Under the pieces are notes generated by a model, which did no database searches, was not told the DNA's origin, and saw only the letters and a list, made by a program, of their open reading frames with translations. DNA of 63,524 nt, counting the filler, from Saprolegnia diclina VS20 (lineage: Eukaryota): NCBI RefSeq assembly GCF_000281045.1. It is 4 parts of 3 records of this genome, joined end to end, with 100 filler letters (N's around TTAATTAATTAA, not from the genome) between each part and the next. Parts side by side here need not be neighbours in the genome. Positions count along the whole stretch, not along the records: positions 1 to 28,442 come from NW_008246119.1; positions 28,543 to 60,247 come from NW_008246120.1; 2 more parts are not named here. One strand, given 5' to 3'. Of this stretch, positions 21,774 through 30,069 are shown one piece after another; within the stretch, counting starts at the first letter, position 1, and every line of letters starts with the position of its first letter. A program made the translations under genes and the position numbers.

Positions 21774-23414
21774 ATGGCCGACAAGCTCGCAACACCGTTT
21801 GAGCACCGCGACCCGTCCAGCACGGTCAACGAAGACGCGTACGTTGCGATTCGCAAGTCGCCCAAGGACGATGGAACTGGCCTCAACGAACCCCGTGCGA
21901 GTACATCATGGCGCGCGTCCCGCCGCAGCACGTCGCGTGTCCGCCTCAGTCGTCTCGAGAGCATGATGCACGAAGAGCACGCCGCGGCCTTGATCCCGAT
22001 GCCGATTCTGTACGTGACGATCGCGGTCGCGCTCATGGGGTCGTTCCAATTCGGCTGGCTCCTCTCGCAGCTCAACTACCGTCCGTTCAACGTCGACTGC
22101 GCGAAGAACCCGATCCCGGACAAGGCGTGCATCATGTTTCCCGGCCACTCGGGCAACGAGTGGACGATGGCCGTCACGGCGTGGATCGTCGGTGGTGCGA
22201 TCGGCGCCATGACCAGCGGGTACCCCGCCGACAAGTTTGGTCGCCAGCGCACGCTCTTTTTGATTGCCATCACGATGATCATCGGTGGTGTCCTCGAGAC
22301 GGTCTCGAGCGAGATCTACCTCTTCTCGTTTGGCCGCGTCGTCTCGGGTATCGCGTCCGGCGCCGCCATCAACGTCTCCAACGTGCTCATTTCCGAGATC
22401 TCGCCCACGCAGATGCGCGGCATGTTCTCGACCGGGCTTCAGGTCGGCGTCGCGTTCGGGTCGTTGGCCGTGACCACGGTCCACTACTTTGTCGGGTACG
22501 GCAGCGGCTGGCGCATCCTTGTCGGGTTCCCGATCGTGCTGGGCATTGCGCAGATCCTCCTGATCCCGCTCACGACGAAAAGCCCGGTGTGGCTCGTCAC
22601 GCACGGCCAGAACGACTTGGCGCTCAAGGAGCTCAAGCGCTTGTATCGCCCGTGCAACACGGAGGCGATTTTGAACGCGATGATTGCGGCCCACGAAGAA
22701 GAAGTCAAGGAGACCGAGGGCGTCAACGCGTGGGCGGCGCTCTTCTCCAAAAAATACCGCAAGCAGCTCATCATTGGCATGGTGCTCTGCTCGGCGCAGC
22801 AGCTCTGCGGTATCAACGCCGTCATGTACTACTCGTCGTCCATCTTCTTCAGCGCCGGCGTGACCGACCCGCGCGTCGGCAACACGATCGTCAACGTCGT
22901 GCGCACGACCATGATCTTGGTGGCCGCGCGCATCATGGACAAGTTCAAGCGCCGCACTTTGCTGCTCAGCTTCATGACGCTCATGGCGATCGCGTCCGTG
23001 GGCATCATCATCTCGCTCTTGGTGTCGAGTCCGATCCTCTCGGTGCTCGCGACCGGTCTCTACGTCGGCGCGTTCTGTCTCTCAATCGGCCCGATGGCGT
23101 GGATGGTCACGGGCGAAATCTTCCCCGACTTTCTTCACGCCAACTCGGGCGCGATTGGCACCATGTGCACGTGGGTCGGCAACTTCCTCGTCGGCGTCTT
23201 CTACCCGACGATCTCCAAGGACAACAGCCTCGGCAACTACGCGTTCTTCATCTTCGTCGCCTTCCTCATCGCGTACGTCATCTTTATCTACTTCGTCGTG
23301 CCCGAGACGGCGCACAAGACGTTCGACGAGATCCAAAAGGAGTTTGACATCGAGCCGACGCACAAGGACGTCGACGACGAAGAGGCGCCCAAGCAAGACC
23401 CGTGGGCCTCGTAA
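21774..23414 (+). CDS. MFS sugar porter (GLUT-like hexose transporter), copy 1
   Basis: GSFQFGW, ADKFGRQR, ISEISPTQMRG, QQLCGINAVMYYS, GPMAWMVTGEIFP, VPET motifs. Confidence 0.95.
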   Translation: MADKLATPFEHRDPSSTVNEDAYVAIRKSPKDDGTGLNEPRASTSWRASRRSTSRVRLSRLESMMHEEHAAALIPMPILYVTIAVALMGSFQFGWLLSQLNYRPFNVDCAKNPIPDKACIMFPGHSGNEWTMAVTAWIVGGAIGAMTSGYPADKFGRQRTLFLIAITMIIGGVLETVSSEIYLFSFGRVVSGIASGAAINVSNVLISEISPTQMRGMFSTGLQVGVAFGSLAVTTVHYFVGYGSGWRILVGFPIVLGIAQILLIPLTTKSPVWLVTHGQNDLALKELKRLYRPCNTEAILNAMIAAHEEEVKETEGVNAWAALFSKKYRKQLIIGMVLCSAQQLCGINAVMYYSSSIFFSAGVTDPRVGNTIVNVVRTTMILVAARIMDKFKRRTLLLSFMTLMAIASVGIIISLLVSSPILSVLATGLYVGAFCLSIGPMAWMVTGEIFPDFLHANSGAIGTMCTWVGNFLVGVFYPTISKDNSLGNYAFFIFVAFLIAYVIFIYFVVPETAHKTFDEIQKEFDIEPTHKDVDDEEAPKQDPWAS

Positions 23415-25414
23415 GCTGTGCTTGCTAGAATATGTTATCAACACGACTCTACCTATTTCCAAGAGTGACGTGTCAAGGGATATATATTTTACGGCTGTTA
23501 GATATCTTAGGTTGGACGTTCTTCGTCCAAATAGCCATATTGTAAAATGTGCGTATGGACGCTATTCGTCCATAACGCAGTGTGGAGGCTCGGGCTGATG
23601 GATCGGACTCGATGGAATCTTGGCTCACGAGTCGTCGGCAAGGCGTTCGTAGAAGAGGACGTAGGCGCGCTGGGCAAAGACGGTGCGAGCCGACACGACC
23701 GAGACAAGGGCGTCGTTCATACAAAGCCAGTCGTTGGACCGGCGCACGTACGCGACGTAGTGGCCGCCGAAGACCGAGGTACCGCGGTGACCGACCAGAC
23801 CCACAAGGCGGTAGGTACTTGCACCCAGCGCCAACATCTCGTTTACGACCACACGACGGGCGTCCTGCACGTTGTAGTTGGTTGCGCTGAGCGTGAGGAC
23901 GAGCACGGGCGGCGCGAGGAGGATCGTCCAGTGCTGCTTGGACGTGCCAAAGATGTGGCAGTTGTCGCATGTCCGCGTGAGTGTCTTCGTTGCGAACGAG
24001 GCGAGACCAGCAGCGACCGACGTCGTCTCTTCAGCGATCGAAATGTCCCGGTAGGCATCCGACGTCTCGGACTGTAGGCCGCAGTGGGGACAGGTACTTG
24101 TCGCTGTCCAGTACGAGCCGAACACATCCTCGGGAATCGTTGAAGCGACCTCAAGATCCGAGACGAGCCACGCGAGGTAGTCGCTCGCATCTTGCTGCGT
24201 CGAAGCCGAATGGAAATGCGGCACCAAAGCTTCTTGGTCGCTGCGGTACGAAGCAGCGTCGTTTGCCAGGATACCAGAGACCACGCGTGTGAGAGCATTG
24301 ACCGTGCTAGACTCGCTTTGCTGTGACAGCAGCGCGTCGACCAGTGGCGGCGCGTGCGCGAGGCACTGCAAGGTGGCATTCATGTAGCACGTGTTGCCGA
24401 GGTTGGCGAGGCCTGCGTGGCTCGCATCGAGTTGTACCGGCGACCGTGATACCGTGGACAAAGGCGTTGGGGCAGCCTTGGTCGTGGCTGCTCCGTCGTG
24501 TGGCTCATTCTCGGCGGCAACCTTTGGGATGAGTGGAGCGGCCGTTGGGGTCATTGTTGCCGGAGCAGTGTGGACTACATTGTCTTCACTGGGCGAGGCC
24601 AGTGGCTCGGCGTCCAGAGCGATGGGAATCGCAGCCGCCGGTGGCATCATCGTATCGATGGGAGCCGATGCGCAGAGCAAGGCAGCTTCGAGATGCTGCA
24701 CCTTGCTTGCATACTCGGCCAAAGCGACGTGTGCGGCCCGGAGCTCTTCTTGGAGACGACGATTCTCGTCTTCAAGCGCAACAATCACCGGCTGGCAGCT
24801 GCACGCGAGGACGGGTGTCTCCGTGGTCGCCACCGCAGCAAGCGGTTCGTGTGTTGGCGCCACGGGCCGAGATACCACCAGCGACGAGCGCGCAGGTCGG
24901 ATGGGTGCTGGCGAAGGCGAAGACGACGGCTTGGTCGCGCTGGTCGTAGCAGGTGCGAGGACCTTGGGTTCGCGTGGTGCTGGACGAGACACTGGCTTGG
25001 ACAGAAGCGTTGGCTTGACCGGACGTGTCGACTTGATCGATGGCGCCGGCTTGACGGTTGTACACTTTGTAGCAACCGGCGCTGTCGTTGGTTTGGCAGG
25101 AACACGCTTCGTGACGGGGGCACGCGTGGGCGTCGCGAGAGCAACCTTGGCCTTGCGGCGCATCTCGGCGCGGTGGAGATGCGGGAATTCGGCTTGGAAC
25201 TTGGCGTCGGCGGCCGCGGCGCGCGCGGCGGCGACGTCCTGGAGGTGGTTGGCGTTGAAGCGGTGCATGGTGTTGATATCGGTGGTAGTACTCGTCAAAG
25301 TGAAAGTGACTGCGATTCAAACTTGCACGCTTGCCGCACAAAGGCGCATTGCTCGCAAGCTTTTACTGCGCCCCTGTCGCTTTCATAAGACGTTTTTACC
25401 AAGTTGAACATCGA
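22572..25414. repeat. Left arm of large inverted duplication (palindrome)
   Basis: Reverse complement of 25600-28442; position i pairs with 51014-i (e.g. stops 23414/27600 and 23625/27389). Confidence 0.95.
23625..25268 (-). CDS. USP (peptidase C19) deubiquitinase with long Pro/Ala/Thr-rich N-terminus and coiled coil, copy 1
   Basis: Cys box GLANLGNTCYMNATLQCL, QQDASDYL, CPHC/CDNC zinc ribbon, His box HRGTSVFGGHYVAY, WLCMND, AYVLFYER. Confidence 0.92.
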   Translation of the reverse strand: MHRFNANHLQDVAAARAAAADAKFQAEFPHLHRAEMRRKAKVALATPTRAPVTKRVPAKPTTAPVATKCTTVKPAPSIKSTRPVKPTLLSKPVSRPAPREPKVLAPATTSATKPSSSPSPAPIRPARSSLVVSRPVAPTHEPLAAVATTETPVLACSCQPVIVALEDENRRLQEELRAAHVALAEYASKVQHLEAALLCASAPIDTMMPPAAAIPIALDAEPLASPSEDNVVHTAPATMTPTAAPLIPKVAAENEPHDGAATTKAAPTPLSTVSRSPVQLDASHAGLANLGNTCYMNATLQCLAHAPPLVDALLSQQSESSTVNALTRVVSGILANDAASYRSDQEALVPHFHSASTQQDASDYLAWLVSDLEVASTIPEDVFGSYWTATSTCPHCGLQSETSDAYRDISIAEETTSVAAGLASFATKTLTRTCDNCHIFGTSKQHWTILLAPPVLVLTLSATNYNVQDARRVVVNEMLALGASTYRLVGLVGHRGTSVFGGHYVAYVRRSNDWLCMNDALVSVVSARTVFAQRAYVLFYERLADDS

Positions 25415-25704
25415 TCGTATTGTGTCTGCACGGGGCTATGCATGGACCGCAAACGCTCACAGGGTGCGGGTATCCCATTGATGCATAAAATGCTATGGGC
25501 TGCTCAAAGTATTACCTCGAAGAAACAGAAAATGTACGACTGGGATAAGCTAGCAATGCTATCGAACGCTCAGGTGCCCTGTGTGCAAAATCGGATTGCT
25601 CGATGTTCAACTTGGTAAAAACGTCTTATGAAAGCGACAGGGGCGCAGTAAAAGCTTGCGAGCAATGCGCCTTTGTGCGGCAAGCGTGCAAGTTTGAAGC
25701 GCAG

Positions 25705-25718
25705 TCACTTTCACTTTG
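25705..25718 (+). promoter_or_regulatory. Inr/FPR-like element (TCACTTTCACTTTG) upstream of USP copy 2, mirrored at 25296-25309 for copy 1
   Basis: Fits YCAYTYY plus downstream T-tract, about 30 nt before the ATG. Confidence 0.4.
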
Positions 25719-25745
25719 ACGAGTACTACCACCGATATCAACACC

Positions 25746-27389
25746 ATGCACCGCTTCAACGCCAACCACCTCCAGGACGTCGCCGCCGCGCGCGCCGCGG
25801 CCGCCGACGCCAAGTTCCAAGCCGAATTCCCGCATCTCCACCGCGCCGAGATGCGCCGCAAGGCCAAGGTTGCTCTCGCGACGCCCACGCGTGCCCCCGT
25901 CACGAAGCGTGTTCCTGCCAAACCAACGACAGCGCCGGTTGCTACAAAGCATACAACCGTCAAGCCGACGCCATCGATCAAATCGACACGTCCGGTCAAG
26001 CCAACGCTTCTGTCCAAGCCAGTGTCTCGTCCAGCACCACGCAAACCCAAGGTCCTCGCACCTGCTACGACCAGCGCGACCAAGCCGTCGTCTTCGCCTT
26101 CGCCAGCACCCATCCGACCTGCGCGCTCGTCACTGGTGGTATCTCGGCCCGTGGCGCCAACACACGAACCGCTTGCTGCGGTGGCGACCACGGAGACACC
26201 CGTCCTCGCGTGCAGCTGCCAGCCGGTGATTGTTGCGCTTGAAGACGAGAATCGTCGTCTCCAAGAAGAGCTCCGGGCCGCACACGTCGCTTTGGCCGAG
26301 TATGCAAGCAAGGTACAACATCTCGAAGCTGCCTTGCTCTGCGCATCGGCTCCCATCGATACGATGATGCCACCGGCGGCTGCGATTCCCATCGCTCTGG
26401 ACGCCGAGCCACTGGCCTCGCCCAGTGAAGACAATGCAGTCGACACTGCTCCGGCAACAATGACCCCAACGGCCGCTCCACTCATCCCAAAGGTTGCCGC
26501 CGAGAATGAGCCACACGACGGAGCAGCCACGACCAAGGCTGCCCCAACGCCTTTGTCCACGGTATCACGGTCGCCGATACAACTCGATGCGAGCCACGCA
26601 GGCCTCGCCAACCTCGGCAACACGTGCTACATGAATGCCACCTTGCAGTGCCTCGCGCACGCGCCGCCACTGGTCGACGCGCTGCTGTCACAGCAAAGCG
26701 AGTCCACCACGGTCAATGCTCTCACACGCGTGGTCTCTGGCATCCTGGCAAACGACGCTGCTTCGTACCGCAGCGACCAAGAAGCTTTGGTGCCGCATTT
26801 CCATTCGGCTTCGACGCAGCAAGATGCGAGCGACTACCTCGCGTGGCTCGTCTCGGATCTTGAGGTCACTTCAACAATCCCCGAGGATGTGTTCGGCTCG
26901 TACTGGACAGCGACAAGTACCTGTCCCCACTGCGGCCTACAGTCCGAGACGTCGGATGCCTACCGGGACATTTCGATCGCTGAAGAGACGACGTCGGTCG
27001 CTGCTGGTCTCGCCTCGTTCGCAACGAAGACACTCACGCGGACATGCGACAACTGCCACATCTTTGGCACGTCCAAGCAGCACTGGACGATCCTCCTCGC
27101 GCCGCCCGTGCTCGTCCTCACGCTCAGCGCAACCAACTACAACGTACAGGACGCCCGTCGTGTGGTCGTAAACGAGATGTTGGCGCTGGGTGCAAGTACC
27201 TACCGCCTTGTGGGTCTGGTCGGTCACCGCGGTACCTCGGTCTTCGGTGGCCACTACGTCGCGTACGTGCGCCGGTCCAACGACTGGCTTTGTATGAACG
27301 ACGCCCTTGTCTCGGTCGTGTCGGCTCGCACCGTCTTTGCCCAGCGCGCCTACGTCCTCTTCTACGAACGCCTTGCCGACGACTCGTGA
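25746..27389 (+). CDS. USP (peptidase C19) deubiquitinase, copy 2
   Basis: Same motifs as copy 1; 8 amino-acid differences between the provided translations. Confidence 0.92.
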   Translation: MHRFNANHLQDVAAARAAAADAKFQAEFPHLHRAEMRRKAKVALATPTRAPVTKRVPAKPTTAPVATKHTTVKPTPSIKSTRPVKPTLLSKPVSRPAPRKPKVLAPATTSATKPSSSPSPAPIRPARSSLVVSRPVAPTHEPLAAVATTETPVLACSCQPVIVALEDENRRLQEELRAAHVALAEYASKVQHLEAALLCASAPIDTMMPPAAAIPIALDAEPLASPSEDNAVDTAPATMTPTAAPLIPKVAAENEPHDGAATTKAAPTPLSTVSRSPIQLDASHAGLANLGNTCYMNATLQCLAHAPPLVDALLSQQSESTTVNALTRVVSGILANDAASYRSDQEALVPHFHSASTQQDASDYLAWLVSDLEVTSTIPEDVFGSYWTATSTCPHCGLQSETSDAYRDISIAEETTSVAAGLASFATKTLTRTCDNCHIFGTSKQHWTILLAPPVLVLTLSATNYNVQDARRVVVNEMLALGASTYRLVGLVGHRGTSVFGGHYVAYVRRSNDWLCMNDALVSVVSARTVFAQRAYVLFYERLADDS

Positions 27390-27599
27390 GCCAAGATTCC
27401 ATCGAGTCCGATCCATCAGCCCGAGCCTCCACACTGCGTTATGGACGAATAGCGTCCATACGCACATTTTACAATATGGCTATTTGGACGAAGAACGTCC
27501 AACCTAAGATATCTAACAGCCGCAAAATAGATATCCCTCGACACATCACTCTTGGAAATAGGTAGAGTCGTGTTGATAACATATTCTAGCAAGCACAGC

Positions 27600-28442
27600 T
27601 TACGAGGCCCACGGGTCTTGCTTGGGCGCCTCTTCGTCGTCGACGTCCTTGTGCGTCGGCTCGATGTCAAACTCCTTTTGGATCTCGTCGAACGTCTTGT
27701 GCGCCGTCTCGGGCACGACAAAGTAGATAAAGATAACGTACGCGATGAGGAAGGCGACGAAGATGAAGAACGCGTAGTTGCCGAGGCTGTTGTCCTTGGA
27801 AATCGTCGGGTAGAAGACGCCGACGAGGAAGTTGCCGACCCACGTGCACATCGTGCCAATCGCGCCCGAGTTGGCGTGAAGAAAGTCGGGGAAGATTTCG
27901 CCCGTGACCATCCACGCCATCGGGCCGATCGAGAGACAGAACGCGCCGACGTAGAGACCGGTCGCGAGCACCGAGAGGATCGGACTCGACACCAAGAGCG
28001 AGATGATGATGCCCACGGACGCGATCGCCATGAGCGTCATGAAGCTGAGCAGCAAAGTGCGGCGCTTGAACTTGTCCATGATGCGCGCGGCCACCAAGAT
28101 CATGGTCGTGCGCACGACGTTGACGATCGTGTTGCCGACGCGCGGGTCGGTCACGCCGGCGCTGAAGAAGATGGACGACGAGTAGTACATGACGGCGTTG
28201 ATACCGCAGAGCTGCTGCGCCGAGCAGAGCACCATGCCAATGATGAGCTGCTTGCGATACTTCTTCGAGAAGAGCGCCGCCCACGCGTTGACACCCTCGG
28301 TCTCCTTGACTTCTTCTTCGTGGGCCGCAATCATCGCGTTCAAAATCGCCTCCGTGTTGCACGGCCGATACAAGCGCTTGAGCTCCTTGAGCGCCAAGTC
28401 GTTCTGGCCGTGCGTGACGAGCCACACCGGGCTTTTCGTCGT
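27600..28442 (-). CDS. MFS sugar porter, copy 2 (5' part lost in gap)
   Basis: C-terminal about 275 aa identical to copy 1. Confidence 0.9.
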   Translation of the reverse strand, partial: TTKSPVWLVTHGQNDLALKELKRLYRPCNTEAILNAMIAAHEEEVKETEGVNAWAALFSKKYRKQLIIGMVLCSAQQLCGINAVMYYSSSIFFSAGVTDPRVGNTIVNVVRTTMILVAARIMDKFKRRTLLLSFMTLMAIASVGIIISLLVSSPILSVLATGLYVGAFCLSIGPMAWMVTGEIFPDFLHANSGAIGTMCTWVGNFLVGVFYPTISKDNSLGNYAFFIFVAFLIAYVIFIYFVVPETAHKTFDEIQKEFDIEPTHKDVDDEEAPKQDPWAS

Positions 28443-28542
28443 NNNNNNNNNNNNNNNNNNNNNNNNNNNNNNNNNNNNNNNNNNNNTTAATTAATTAANN
28501 NNNNNNNNNNNNNNNNNNNNNNNNNNNNNNNNNNNNNNNNNN
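28443..28542. other. Assembly gap with artificial six-frame-stop linker (44N-TTAATTAATTAA-44N)
   Basis: Exactly 100 nt; same structure at 60248-60347 and 62209-62308. Confidence 0.95.
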
Positions 28543-29332
28543 ACGTTCAAGCATGGCACGCTCAGCAAAGACTTTGAGACGCGACTGTATGCCAAGGGCT
28601 TCAAGTGCGTCGTGGGTGTGGACGAAGCGGGGCGTGGTCCGCTTGCTGGCCCCGTGGTCGCGGCGGCCTGTTATGTCCCATTGGATGTTGTCATCGAAGG
28701 TATCCACGACAGCAAGAAGCTCGATGAGAAGCAGCGAGAATGGCTCTTTGCCCAAATCACGTCCAACCCTGCTATCAAATACGCAGTCCACGTACGTTGC
28801 CTTCCTGCTAAAGAGCACCTCGTGATTTGCAAGCAGATCAATCCACCGGCGCGCATCGACGACATCAACATTCTCCAGGTAAACAGACCCAATGCGATAG
28901 CGACAACACCATTCTAGGCGACGCTCGAGTCCATGCGCAAGAGCGTCGAGGACCTCCCGATGCCGGTCGACTATGCGCTCATCGACGGCAACCGCATGCC
29001 GACGCTCGACGTCGACGGCGAGACCGTCGTCAAAGGGGATGGGCGCGTCTACTCGATCGCAGCTGCCTCCGTCATTGCCAAGGTAGACTCGTCAATCTAC
29101 GGCAGCCGCCGTTGACAATTGCTAGGTCACGCGAGACCGCCTTATGGTCGCCTACGACAAGGAGTACCCCGAGTATGGTCTCGGCCAGCACAAGGGCTAT
29201 GGCACCAAGTACGAAACGCAACTAGAAGATAGACGGCACTCATGTATGGATAGAGCACACATGCTCGCAATTCACAAGCACGGCGCGACCCCGATTCACC
29301 GCATGACGTTTGCACCACTCAATCAACTCTAA
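28543..29332 (+). CDS. rnhB: Ribonuclease HII, bacterial (RnhB)-type; 5' end in gap, multi-exon
   Basis: [66 protein letters not shown]. Confidence 0.9.
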
Positions 29333-30069
29333 CCCATCACACTACTGGTACAACGAAAGTCATTTTAGTAAAATTGTCATTTGTCTTTGCATGTACGCTT
29401 GAATGATACAGCGCCGGACGAGGTAGCATCATCGGCGGTCCGCACCGCGTACTGTGTGCCGACGACGAAGCGTGCGCAAGTGCTCGCTGGCTTGACCCAT
29501 GTCGCTGGCGGCTTTCCCAGCCTTCCAATATTATTAAAGCGATATTACTTGACAACGCTATGCAATAAAAAGCATTTGGTGAAATGATTTGACTGGCCAA
29601 ATATCGTGTCATTTTGGCCAATCCCGGGTCGTGCGATGCGAGCCAACGCGCTCGATGGGCCGCTCGGACGCCAAACCAACGTTTCTCATGAACTCGCTCC
29701 AACTCGGCTTGTTGATAGACGATACTCTGGAGAGCTCAAAATGCTACGTCCCGTCGGCGTTGGAGCTGTGGAGCGCGAGCTATCGACTCGGCCATTAATT
29801 GTGGCGCATACCATATATAATCACAAAACGCCACATGTTGCCACAAATAGTCGCCCAACCACGCCAAAGCACGCGATCGACCATCGTCGCCACGATCGCA
29901 TGCGTACGACCGTCACGTCTAGTCCGCTCAATGTATACAGGGCTAGAAAAGGACGCGAGGCACGTACCTTGTTGCTCGCTCAAGCCCACGCTGGTTCGAC
30001 GACAAACATTGGGTTGCAGTTATCCGGACTGTGCAAAGCGTCGCAGCGGATCGGGAAAGATCGGGTTGC

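Larger units (their letters stand above)
25600..28442. repeat. Right arm of large inverted duplication (truncated by assembly gap)
   Basis: Near-identical reverse complement of 22572-25414 with scattered substitutions. Confidence 0.95.

Noticed and set aside
28487..28498. TTAATTAATTAA palindromes inside N runs (also 60292-60303 and 62253-62264)
   Set aside because: Artificial six-frame-stop spacers in 100-nt placeholder gaps; not biological and not piggyBac TTAA sites
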